From NCBI GenBank assembly GCA_964016885.1, contig OZ024743.1:132432001-132496000 (forward strand): DNA of 64,000 nt, given 5' to 3'. The position numbers were made by a program, and so were the translations under genes. The notes beneath the pieces were generated by a model, which saw only the letters and a program-made list of their open reading frames with translations, did no database searches and was not told where the DNA came from. Positions 1-11,540 of the stretch are shown one piece after another. The DNA is from Eledone cirrhosa (taxonomy: Eukaryota). How positions within the stretch are numbered: position 1 is the first letter of the stretch; each line of letters starts with the position of its first letter.

Positions 1-614
1 GGTGTTTGGTGTTTGGTGCTTGGTGCTTGGTGTTTGGTGCTTGGTGCTTGGTGATTAGTGTTTGGTACTTGGTGCGTGGGGTTTGGTGTTTGGTGCTTGT
101 TGTTTGGTGCTTGGTGCTTGGTGCTTGGTGTTTGGTGCTTGGTGTTTGCTGTTTGCTGTTTGGTGTTTGGTGTTTGGTGTTTGGTGTTTGCTGTTGGCTG
201 TTTGGTGTCTGCTTTTTGGTGTTTGGTGTTTGCTGTATGGTGTTTGCTGTTTCATGTTTGGAGTTTGCTGTTTGCTGTTTGGTTTTTCCTGTTTGCTGTT
301 TGGTGTTTGGTGCTTGGTGCTTGGTACTTGATGTTTGGTGTTTGGTGCTTGGTGTCTGGTATTTGGTGCTTGGTGTTTAGTGTTTGGTGCTTGGTGCTTG
401 GTGTTTGGTGTTTGGTGCTTGGTGCTTGGTGTTTGGTGTTTGTTGCTAGGTGTTTCGTGTTTGGTGCTTGGTGCTTGGTGTTTGGTGCTTGGTGCTTGGT
501 GTTTTGTGTTTGGTGTTTGGTGCTTGGTGTTTGGTGTTTGGTGTTTGATGCTTGGTGTTTGATGCTTGGTGCTTGGTGCTTGGTGCTTGGTGTTTGGTGC
601 TTGGTGCTTGGTGT

Positions 615-620
615 TTGTAC
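615..620 (+). other. Representative 6-bp phase-shift monomer TTGTAC (roughly 35-40 copies)
   Basis: Parses as TTGGTGT-TTGTAC-TTGGTGC. Also at 1097, 13219, 13779, 19533, 20092, 22471, 25079, 33411, 35621, 39803, 43441, 50291, 55681, 61351 and others. Confidence 0.9.
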
Positions 621-3600
621 TTGGTGCTTGGTGCTTGGTGTTTGGCGCTTGGTTCTTGGTGTTTGGTGCTTGGTGTTTGGTGCTTGGTGCTTGGTGCTTG
701 GTGTTTGGTGTTTGGTGCTTGGTGTTTGGTGCTTGGTGCTTTGTGCTTGGTGGATGGTGTTAGGTGTTTGGTGCTTGGTGCTTGGTGTTTTGTGCTTCGT
801 GCTTGGTGCTTGGTGTTTGGTGCTTGGTGTTTGGTGCTTGGTGCCTGGTGCTTGGTGTTTGGTGCTTTGTGCTTGGTGATTGGTGCTTGGTGCTTGGTGT
901 TTGGTGTTTGGTGCTTGGAGCTTGGTGTTTGGTGATGCGTGCTTGGTGCTTGGTGCTTCGTGCTTGGTGTTTTGTGTTTGGTGTTTGATGCTTGGTGTTT
1001 GGTGTTTGGTGCTTGGTGCTTGGTGTTTGGTGTTTGATGCTTGGTGCTTGATGCTTGGTGCTTGGTGCTTGGTGTTTGGTGCTTGGTGCTTGGTGTTTGT
1101 ACTTGGTGCTTTGTGCTTGGTGTTTGGTGCTTGGTGTTTGGTGCTTGGTGCTTGGTGCTTGGTGCTTGGTGTTTGGTGTTTGGTGCTTGGTGTTTGGTGC
1201 TTGGTGCTTGGTGCTTGGTGTTTGGTGCTTGGTGCTTGGTGCTTGGTGTTAGGTGTTTGGTGCTTCATGCTTGGTGCTTGGTGTTTGGTGCTTGGTGATT
1301 GGTGTTTGGTGCTTGATGCCTGGTGTTTGGTGTTTGGTGCTTGCTGCTTGCTGCTTGGTGTTTGGTGCTTGGTGATTGGTGCTTGGTGTTTGGTGCTTGG
1401 TGCTTGGTGTTTGGTGTTTGGTGCTAGGTGCTTGGTGCTTGGTGCTTGGTGTTTGGTGCTTGGTATTTGGTGCTTGGTACTTGGGGCTTGGCGTTTGGTG
1501 CTTGGTGCTTCGTGCTTGGTGTTTGGTGCTTGGTGTTTGGTGTTTGGTGCTTGGTGTTTGGTGCTTGGTGCTTGGTGCTGGGTGGTTGGCGTTCGGTGCT
1601 TGGTGCTTGGTGTTTGGTGCTTGGTGCTTGGTGTTTGGTGCTTGGTGTTTGGTGTTTGCTGTTTGGTGTTTGGTGTTTGGTGTTTGGTGTTTGCTTTTTG
1701 CTGTTTGGTGTCTACTTTTTGGTGTTTGGTGTTTGCTGTATGGTGTTTGCTGTTTCGTGTTTATTGTTTGGTGCTTGGTACTTGGGGCTTGGTGTTTGGT
1801 GCTTGGTGCTTGGTGCTTCGTATTTGGTGTTTGGTGCTTGGTGCTTGGTGTTTGGTGCTTGGTGCTTGGTGCTTGTTGTTTGGTGTTTGGTGTTTGGTGT
1901 TTGGTGCTTGGTGCTTGGTGTTTGGTGCTTGGTGCTTGGTGTTTCGTGCTGCGTGTTTGGTGTTTGGTGCTTGGTGCTTGGTGCTTGGTGCTTGGTGTTT
2001 GGTGATTGGTGCTTGGTGTTTGGTGCTTGGTGCTTGGTGTTTGGTGCTTGGTGCTTGGTGCAGGTGTTTGGTGCTTAGTGCTTAGTGCTTGGTGCTTGGT
2101 GCTTGGTGTTTGGTGTTTGCTGTTAGCTGTTTGCTGTTTGCTGTTTGCTGTTTGCTGTTTGCTGTTTGGTGTTTGGGGTTTGGTGTTTGCAGTTTGGTGC
2201 TTTGTGTTAGGTGCTTGGTGCTTGGTGTTTTGTGTTTGGTGCTTGGTGCTTGGGGCTTGGTGTTTGGTGCTTGGTGCTTTGTTCTTAGTGCTTGGTGTTT
2301 GGTGTTTGGTGTTTGGTGCTTGGTGTTTGGTGCTTGGTGCTGGGTGTTTGGTGCTTGGTGCTTGGTGCATGGTGCTTGGTGCTTGGTGTTTGTCGCTTGG
2401 TGCTTGGTGCTTGGTGTTTGGTGCTTGGTGTTTGGTGTTTGGTGCTTGGTGCTTGGTGCTTGGTGTTTGGTGTTTGCTGTTTGCTGTTTGGTGTTTGGTG
2501 TTTGCTCTTTGCTGTTTGGTGTCTGCTTTTTGGTGTTTGGTGGTTGCTGTATGGTGTTTGCTGTTTCATATTTGGAGTTTGCTGTTTGCTGTTTGGTGTT
2601 TGGTGCTTGGTGCTTGGTGTTTGGTGTTTGGTGCTTGGTGCCTGGTGCTTGTTGTTTGGTGTTTGGTGCTTGGGGCTTGATGTTTGGTGTTTGGTGCTTG
2701 GTGTCTGGTGTTTGGTGCTTGGTGTTTGGTGTTTGGTGCTTGGTGCTTGGTGCTTGGTGTTTGGTGCTTGGTTCTTGGTGTTTGGTGTTTGGTGCTTGGT
2801 GTTTGGTTTTTTGTGCTTGGTGCTTGGTGTTTGGTGCTTGGTGCTTGGTGCTTGGTGTTTGGTGCTTGGTGCTTGGTGTTTGGTGCTTGGTTCTTCGTGT
2901 TTGGTGCTTGGTGTTTGGTGCTTGGTGCTTGGTGTTTGGTGCTTGGTGCTTTGTGCTTGGTGGTTGGTGTTAGGTGTTTGGTGCTTGGTGCATGGTGTTT
3001 TGTGCTTCGTGCTTGGTGCTTGGTGTTTGGTGCTTGGTGCTTGGTGTTTGGTGCTTGGTGCCTGGTGCTTGGTGTTTGATGCTTGGTGCTTGGTGTTTTG
3101 TGCTTGGTTCTTGGTGTTTGGTGCTTGGTGTTAGGTGCATGGTGCTTGGTGTTTGGTGCTTGGTGCTTGGTGTTTGGTGTTTGGTGCTTGGTGTTTGGTG
3201 CTTGGTGCTTGGTGTTAGGTGTTTGGTGCTTGGTGTTTGGTGTTTGGTGCTTCATGCTTGGTGCTTGGTGTTTGGTGCTTGGTGCTTGGTGTTTGGTGCT
3301 TGGTGCCTGGTGCATGGTGTTTGGTGCTTGATGCTTGGTGTTTGGTGTTTGGTGCTTGGTGTTTGGTGTTTGGTGCTTGGTGTTTGGTGCTTGGTGCTTG
3401 GTGCTTGGTGTTAGATGTTAGGTGTTTGGTGCTTGGTGCTTGGTGTTTGGTGCTTGGTGCTTGGTGTTTGGTGTTTGGTGCTTGCTGCTTGCTGCTTGGT
3501 GTTTGGTGCTTGGTGATTGGTGCTTGGTGTTTGGTGCTTGGTGTTTGGTGCTTGGTACTTGGGGCTTGGTGTTTGGTGCTTGGTGCTTCGTGCTTGCTGT

Positions 3601-3894
3601 TTGGTGCTAGGTGCTTGGTCTTTGGTGTTTGGTGCTTGGTGTTTGGTGCGTGGTGCTTGGTGCTGGGTGGTTGGCGTTCGGTGCTTGGTGCTTGGTGTTT
3701 GGTGCTTGGTGCTTGGTGTTTGGTGCTTGGTGCTTGGTTCTTGGTCTTTGGTGTTTGGTGTTTGGTGCTTGGTGCTTGGTGTTTGGTGCTTGGTGCTTGG
3801 TGATTAGTGTTTGGTACTTGGTGCGTGGGGTTTGGTGTTTGGTGCTTGTTGTTTGGTGCTTGGTGCTTGGTGCTTGGTGTTTGGTGCTTGGTGT

Positions 3895-4020
3895 TTGCTG
3901 TTTGCTGTTTGGTGTTTGGTGTTTGGTGTTTGGTGTTTGCTGTTGGCTGTTTGGTGTCTGCTTTTTGGTGTTTGGTGTTTGCTGTATGGTGTTTGCTGTT
4001 TCGTGTTTATTGTTTGCTGT
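3895..4020 (+). repeat. Representative TTGCTGT-rich island (roughly 55 copies across the window)
   Basis: Fixed monomer order TTGGTGT-CTGCTTT-TTGGTGT-TTGGTGT-TTGCTGT-ATGGTGT-TTGCTGT-TTCRTGT-(TTATTGT or TTGGAGT)-TTGCTGT. The CTGCTTT marker is at e.g. 209, 2523, 3958, 4742, 11399, 34544, 43049, 51458, 62525. Confidence 0.88.
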
Positions 4021-4048
4021 TTGGTGTTTGGTGTTTGGTGCTTGGTTC

Positions 4049-7000
4049 TTGGTGTTTGGTGTTTGGTGCTTGGTGTTTGGTGCTTGGTGCTTTGTGCTTG
4101 GTGGTTGCTGTTAGGTGTTTGGTGCTTGGTGCTTGGTGTTTTGTGCTTCGTGTTTGGTGCTTGGTGCTTGGTGTTTGGTGTTTGGTGCTTGGTGCTTGGT
4201 GTTAGGTGTTTGGTGCTTGGTCCTTGGTGTTTGGTGTTTGGTTCTTGGTGCTTGGTGTTTGGTGCTTGGTGCTTGCTACTTGGTGTTTGGTGCTTGGTGA
4301 TTGATGCTTGGTGTTTGGTGCTTGGTGCTAGGTGTTTGGTTTTGGGTGCTAGGTGCTTGGTGCTTGGTGTTTGGTGCTTGGTGTTTGGTGTTTGGTGCTT
4401 GGTGCTTGGTGCTTGGTGTTTGGTGCTTGGTGCTGGGTGGTTGGTGTTTGGTGCTTGGTGCTTGGTGTTTGGTGCTTGGGGCTTGGTGCTTGGTGTTTGG
4501 TGCTTGGTGCTTGGTGCTTGGTCTTTGGTGTTTGGTGTTTAGTGCTTGGTGCTTGGTGCTTGGTGTTTGGTGCTTGGTGCTTGGTGCATTGTGATTAGTG
4601 TTTGGTGCTTGGTGCTTGGGGTTTGGTGTTTGGTGCTTGGTGCTTGGTGTTTGGTGCTTGGTACTTGGTGTTTGGTGCTTGGTGTTTGCTGTTTGCTGTT
4701 TGCTGTTTGGTGTTTGGTGTTTGCTGTTTGCTGTTTGGTGTCTGCTTTTTGGTGTTTGGTGTTTGCTCTATGGTGTTTGCTGTTTCATATTTGGTGTTTG
4801 CTGTTTGGTGTTTGGTGTTTGCTGTTTCGTGTTTATTGTTTGCTGTTTGGTGTTTGGTGCTTGGTTCTTGGTGTTTGGTGTTTGGTGCTTGCTGCTTGGT
4901 GTTTGGTGTTTGGTGCTTGGTGCCTGGTGCTTGTTGTTTGGTGATTGGTGCTTGGTGTTTGCTGTTTGGTGCTGCGTGCTTGGTGCTTGCTGCTTGGTGC
5001 TTGGTGTTTTGTGTTTGGTGTTTGATGCTTGGGGTTTGGTGTTTGGTGCTTGGTGCTTGGTGTTTGGTGTTTGATGCTTGGTACTTGATGCTTGGTGATT
5101 GGTGCTTGGTGTTTGGTGCTTGGTGCCTGGTGCATGGTGTTTGTTGCTTGGTGCTTGGTGTTTGGTGCTTGGTGCTTGGTGTTTGGTGTTTGGTGCTTGC
5201 TTCTTGCTGCTTGGTGTTTGGTGCTTGGTGATTGGTGCTTGGTGTTTGGTGCTTGGTGCTTGGTGTTTGGTGCTTGGTGCTTGGTGTTTGGTGTTTGGTG
5301 CTTGCTGCTTGCTGCTTGGTGCTTGGTGATTGGTCCTTGGTGTTTGGTGCTTGGTGCTTGGTGTTTGGTGTTTGGTGCTAGGTGCTTGGTGCTTGGTGCT
5401 TGGTGTTTGGTGCTTGGTGTTTGGTGCTTGGTACTTGGGGCTTGGTGTTTGGTGCTTGGTGCTTCGTGCTTGGTGTTTGGTGCTTGGTGCTTGGTGTTTG
5501 GTGTTTGGTGCTTGGTGTTTGGTGCTTGGTGCTTGGTGCTGGGTGGTTGGCGTTTGGTGCTTGGTGATTGGTGTTTGGTGCTTGGTGCTTGGTGCTTGGT
5601 GTTTGGTGCTTGGTGCCTGGTGCTTGGTCTTTGGTGCTTGGTGTTTGGTGTTTGGTGCTTGGTGCTTGGTGTTTGGTGCTTGGTGCTTGGTGATTAGTGT
5701 TTGGTGCTTGCTGCTTGGGGTTTGGTGTTTGGTGCTTGGTGCTTGGTGTTTGGTGCTTGGTGTTTGGTGTTTGGTGCTTGGTGTTTGGTGTTTGCTGTTT
5801 GGTGTCTGCTTTTTGGTGTTTGGTGATTGCTGTATGGTGTTTGCTGTTTCGTGTTTATTGTTTGCTGTTTGATGTTTGGTGTTTGGTGTTTGGTGTTTCC
5901 TGTTTGGTCTTTAGTCTTTCGTGCTTGGTGTTTGGTGCTTGGTGCTTGGTATTTGGTGTTTGGTGCTTGGTGCTTGGTGTTTTGTGCTTGGTGCTTGGTG
6001 CTTGTTGTTTGGTGTTTGGTGTTTGGTGTTTGGTGCTTGGTGCTTGGTGTTTGGTGCTTGGTGTTTCGTGCTGCGTGCTTGGTGTTTGGTGCCTGGTGCT
6101 TGGTGCTTGGTGTTTGGTGCTTGGTGCTTGGTGTTAGGTGTTTGGTGCTTGGTGCTTGGTGTTTGGTGTTTCGTTCTTGGTGCTTGGTGTTTGGTGCTTG
6201 GTGCTTGCTGCTTGGTGTTTGGTGCTTGGTGTTTGGTGCTTGGTGTTTGGTGCTTGGTGTTTGGTGTTTGGTGCTAGGTGCTTGGTGCTTGGTGCTTGGT
6301 GTTTGGTGCTTGGTGTTTGGTGCTTGGTACTTGGGGCTTGGTGTTTGGTGTTTGGTGCTTGCTGCTTGCTGCTTGGTGCTTGGTGATTGGTCCTTGGTGT
6401 TTGGTGCTTGGTGCTTCGTGCTTGGTGTTTGGTGCTTGGTGCTTGGTGTTTGGTGTTTGGTGCTTGGTGTTTGGTGCTTGGTGCTTGGTGCTGGGTGGTT
6501 GGCGTTTGGTGCTTGGTGCTTGGTGTTTGGTGCTTGGTGCTTGGTGCTTGGTGTTTGGTGCTTGGTGCCTGGTGCTTGGTCTTTGGTGCTTGGTGTTTGG
6601 TGTTTGCTGCTTGGTGCTTGGTGTTTGGTGCTTGGTGCTTGGTGATTAGTGTTTGGTGCTTGCTGCTTGGGGTTTGGTGTTTGGTGCTTGGTGCTTGGTG
6701 TTTGGTGCTTGGAGTTTGGTGTTTGGTGCTTGGTGTTTGGTGTTTGCTGTTTGGTGTTTGGTGTTTAGTGTTTGGTGTTTGCTGTTTGCTGTTTGGTGTC
6801 TGCTTTTTGGTGTTTGGTGTTTGCTGTATGGTGTTTGCTGTTTCGTGTTTATTGTTTGGTGTTTGGTGTTTGGTGTTTGGTGTTTGGTGTTTCCTGTTTG
6901 GTCTTTAGTCTTTGGTGCTTGGTGTTTGGTGCTTGGTGCTTGGTATTTGGTGTTTGGTGCTTGGTGCTTGGTGTTTGGTGTTTGGTGTTTGGTGCTTGGT

Positions 7001-7884
7001 GCTTGGTGTTTGGTGCTTGGTGCTTGGTGTTTCGTGCTGCGTGCTTGGCGTTTGGTGCCTGGTGCTTGGTGCTTGGTGTTTGGTGTTTGGTGCTTGGTGT
7101 TTGGTGCTTGGTGCTTGGTGCTTGGTGTTTGGTGCTTGGTGCTTGGTGCTTGGTGTTAGGTGTTTGGTGCTTGGTGCTTGGTGTTTGGTGTTTGGTTCTT
7201 GGTGCTTGGTGTTTGGTGCTTGGTGCTTGCTGCTTGGTATTTGGTGCTTGGTGATTGATGCTTGGTGTTTGGTGCTTGGTGCTAGGTGTTTGGTTTTTGG
7301 TGCTAGGTGCTTGGTGCTTGGTGTTTGGTGCTTGGTGTTTGGTGTTTGGTGCTTGGTGCTTGGTGCTTGGTTTTTGGTGCTTGGTTCTTGGTGCTTGGTG
7401 TTTGGTGTTTGGTGTTTGGTGCTTGGTGTTTGGTGCTTGGTGCTTGGTGCTGGGTGTTTGGTGCTTGGTGTTTGGTGTTTGGTGCATGGTGCTTGGTGCT
7501 TGGTGTTTGTCGCTTGGTGCTTGGGGCTTGGTGTTTGGTGCTTGGTGTTTGGTGTTTGGTGCTTGGTGCTTGGTGCTTGGTGTGTGGTGTTTGCTGTTTG
7601 CTGTTTAGTGTTTGGTGTTTGCTGTTTGCTGTTTGGTGTCTGCTTTTTCGTGTTTGGTGTTTGCTGTATGGTGTTTGCTGTTTCATGTTTGGAGTTTGCT
7701 GTTTGCTGTTTGCTGTTTCCTGTTTGCTGTTTGGTGTTTGGTGCTTGGTGCTTGGTGCTTGGTGTTTGGTGTTTGGTGCTTGGTGTTTGGTGTTTGGTGC
7801 TTCATGCTTGGTGCTTGGTGTTTGGTGCTTGGTGCTTGGTGTTTGGTGCTTGGTGCCTGGTGCATGGTGTTTGGTGCTTGATGC
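4049..7884 (+). repeat. 3836-bp tandem duplication, copy 1 (548 monomers)
   Basis: ORF pairs at constant offset 3836: 4115/7951, 4301/8137, 4546/8382, 5330/9166, 5697/9533, 6387/10223, 6772/10608, 7255/11091. 3836 = 548 x 7. Confidence 0.93.
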
Positions 7885-10800
7885 TTGGTGTTTGGTGTTT
7901 GGTGCTTGGTGTTTGGTGCTTGGTGCTTTGTGCTTGGTGGTTGCTGTTAGGTGTTTGGTGCTTGGTGCTTGGTGTTTTGTGCTTCGTGTTTGGTGCTTGG
8001 TGCTTGGTGTTTGGTGTTTGGTGCTTGGTGCTTGGTGTTAGGTGTTTGGTGCTTGGTCCTTGGTGTTTGGTGTTTGGTTCTTGGTGCTTGGTGTTTGGTG
8101 CTTGGTGCTTGCTACTTGGTGTTTGGTGCTTGGTGATTGATGCTTGGTGTTTGGTGCTTGGTGCTAGGTGTTTGGTTTTGGGTGCTAGGTGCTTGGTGCT
8201 TGGTGTCTGGTGCTTGGTGTTTGGTGTTTGGTGCTTGGTGCTTGGTGCTTGGTGTTTGGTGCTTGGTGCTGGGTGGTTGGTGTTTGGTGCTTGGTGCTTG
8301 GTGTTTGGTGCTTGGGGCTTGGTGCTTGGTGTTTGGTGCTTGGTGCTTGGTGCTTGGTCTTTGGTGTTTGGTGTTTAGTGCTTGGTGCTTGGTGCTTGGT
8401 GTTTGGTGCTTGGTGCTTGGTGCATTGTGATTAGTGTTTGGTGCTTGGTGCTTGGGGTTTGGTGTTTGGTGCTTGGTGCTTGGTGTTTGGTGCTTGGTAC
8501 TTGGTGTTTGGTGATTGGTGTTTGCTGTTTGCTGTTTGCTGTTTGGTGTTTGGTGTTTGCTGTTTGCTGTTTGGTGTCTGCTTTTTGGTGTTTGGTGTTT
8601 GCTCTATGGTGTTTGCTGTTTCATATTTGGTGTTTGCTGTTTGGTGTTTGGTGTTTGCTGTTTCGTGTTTATTGTTTGCTGTTTGGTGTTTGGTGCTTGG
8701 TTCTTGGTGTTTGGTGTTTGGTGCTTGCTGCTTGGTGTTTGGTGTTTGGTGCTTGGTGCCTGGTGCTTGTTGTTTGGTGATTGGTGCTTGGTGTTTGCTG
8801 TTTGGTGCTGCATGCTTGGTGCTTGCTGCTTGGTGCTTGGTGTTTTGTGTTTGGTGTTTGATGCTTGGGGTTTGGTGTTTGGTGCTTGGTGCTTGGTGTT
8901 TGGTGTTTGATGCTTGGTACTTGATGCTTGGTGCTTGGTGCTTGGTGTTTGGTGCTTGGTGCCTGGTGCATGGTGTTTGTTGCTTGGTGCTTGGTGTTTG
9001 GTGCTTGGTGCTTGGTGTTTGGTGTTTGGTGCTTGCTTCTTGCTGCTTGGTGTTTGGTGCTTGGTGATTGGTGCTTGGTGTTTGGTGCTTGGTGCTTGGT
9101 GTTTGGTGCTTGGTGCTTGGTGTTTGGTGTTTGGTGCTTGCTGCTTGCTGCTTGGTGCTTGGTGATTGGTCCTTGGTGTTTGGTGCTTGGTGCTTGGTGT
9201 TTGGTGTTTGGTGCTAGGTGCTTGGTGCTTGGTGCTTGGTGTTTGGTGCTTGGTGTTTGGTGCTTGGTACTTGGGGCTTGGTGTTTGGTGCTTGGTGCTT
9301 CGTGCTTGGTGTTTGGTGCTTGGTGCTTGGTGTTTGGTGTTTGGTGCTTGGTGTTTGGTGCTTGGTGCTTGGTGCTGGGTGGTTGGCGTTTGGTGCTTGG
9401 TGATTGGTGTTTGGTGCTTGGTGCTTGGTGCTTGGTGTTTGGTGCTTGGTGCCTGGTGCTTGGTCTTTGGTGCTTGGTGTTTGGTGTTTGGTGCTTGGTG
9501 CTTGGTGTTTGGTGCTTGGTGCTTGGTGATTAGTGTTTGGTGCTTGCTGCTTGGGGTTTGGTGTTTGGTGCTTGGTGCTTGGTGTTTGGTGCTTCGTGTT
9601 TGGTGTTTGGTGCTTGGTGTTTGGTGTTTGCTGTTTGGTGTCTGCTTTTTGGTGTTTGGTGATTGCTGTATGGTGTTTGCTGTTTCGTGTTTATTGTTTG
9701 CTGTTTGATGTTTGGTGTTTGGTGTTTGGTGTTTCCTGTTTGGTCTTTAGTCTTTCGTGCTTGGTGTTTGGTGCTTGGTGCTTGGTATTTGGTGTTTGGT
9801 GCTTGGTGCTTGGTGTTTTGTGCTTGGTGCTTGGTGCTTGTTGTTTGGTGTTTGGTGTTTGGTGTTTGGTGCTTGGTGCTTGGTGTTTGGTGCTTGGTGT
9901 TTCGTGCTGCGTGCTTGGTGTTTGGTGCCTGGTGCTTGGTGCTTGGTGTTTGGTGCTTGGTGCTTGGTGTTAGGTGTTTGGTGCTTGGTGCTTGGTGTTT
10001 GGTGTTTCGTTCTTGGTGCTTGGTGTTTGGTGCTTGGTGCTTGCTGCTTGGTGTTTGGTGCTTGGTGTTTGGTGCTTGGTGTTTGGTGCTTGGTGTTTGG
10101 TGTTTGGTGCTAGGTGCTTGGTGCTTGGTGCTTGGTGTTTGGTGCTTGGTGTTTGGTGCTTGGTACTTGGGGCTTGGTGTTTGGTGTTTGGTGCTTGCTG
10201 CTTGCTGCTTGGTGCTTGGTGATTGGTCCTTGGTGTTTGGTGCTTGGTGCTTCGTGCTTGGTGTTTGGTGCTTGGTGCTTGGTGTTTGGTGTTTGGTGCT
10301 TGGTGTTTGGTGCTTGGTGCTTGGTGCTGGGTGGTTGGCGTTTGGTGCTTGGTGCTTGGTGTTTGGTGCTTGGTGCTTGGTGCTTGGTGTTTGGTGCTTG
10401 GTGCCTGGTGCTTGGTCTTTGGTGCTTGGTGTTTGGTGTTTGCTGCTTGGTGCTTGGTGTTTGGTGCTTGGTGCTTGGTGATTAGTGTTTGGTGCTTGCT
10501 GCTTGGGGTTTGGTGTTTGGTGCTTGGTGCTTGGTGTTTGGTGCTTGGAGTTTGGTGTTTGGTGCTTGGTGTTTGGTGTTTGCTGTTTGGTGTTTGGTGT
10601 TTAGTGTTTGGTGTTTGCTGTTTGCTGTTTGGTGTCTGCTTTTTGGTGTTTGGTGTTTGCTGTATGGTGTTTGCTGTTTCGTGTTTATTGTTTGGTGTTT
10701 GGTGTTTGGTGTTTGGTGTTTGGTGTTTCCTGTTTGGTCTTTAGTCTTTGGTGCTTGGTGTTTGGTGCTTGGTGCTTGGTATTTGGTGTTTGGTGCTTGG

Positions 10801-11540
10801 TGCTTGGTGTTTGGTGTTTGGTGTTTGGTGCTTGGTGCTTGGTGTTTGGTGCTTGGTGCTTGGTGTTTCGTGCTGCGTGCTTGGCGTTTGGTGCCTGGTG
10901 CTTGGTGCTTGGTGTTTGGTGTTTGGTGCTTGGTGTTTGGTGCTTGGTGCTTGGTGCTTGGTGTTTGGTGCTTGGTGCTTGGTGCTTGGTGTTAGGTGTT
11001 TGGTGCTTGGTGCTTGGTGTTTGGTGTTTGGTTCTTGGTGCTTGGTGTTTGGTGCTTGGTGCTTGCTGCTTGGTATTTGGTGCTTGGTGATTGATGCTTG
11101 GTGTTTGGTGCTTGGTGCTAGGTGTTTGGTTTTTGGTGCTAGGTGCTTGGTGCTTGGTGTTTGGTGCTTGGTGTTTGGTGTTTGGTGCTTGGTGCTTGGT
11201 GCTTGGTTTTTGGTGCTTGGTTCTTGGTGCTTGGTGTTTGGTGTTTGGTGTTTGGTGCTTGGTGTTTGGTGCTTGGTGCTTGGGGCTTGGTGTTTGGTGC
11301 TTGGTGTTTGGTGTTTGGTGCTTGGTGCTTGGTGCTTGGTGTGTGGTGTTTGCTGTTTGCTGTTTAGTGTTTGGTGTTTGCTGTTTGCTGTTTGGTGTCT
11401 GCTTTTTCGTGTTTGGTGTTTGCTGTATGGTGTTTGCTGTTTCATGTTTGGAGTTTGCTGTTTGCTGTTTGCTGTTTCCTGTTTGCTGTTTGGTGTTTGG
11501 TGCTTGGTGCTTGGTGCTTGGTGTTTGGTGTTTGGTGCTT
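7885..11540 (+). repeat. 3836-bp tandem duplication, copy 2, with a 77-bp (11-monomer) deletion near 11280
   Basis: Same rare-variant order as 4049-7884. The offset falls to 3759 after ~11280 (ORF starts 7612/11371). A few substitutions distinguish the copies, e.g. tgcgtgc 4973 vs tgcatgc 8809. Confidence 0.9.

Noticed and set aside
1577-1585. GCTGGGTGG resembling the E. coli Chi site GCTGGTGG
   Set aside because: It has an extra G, so it is not Chi. It arises from the variant monomer TGGGTGG, and nothing indicates a bacterial context.
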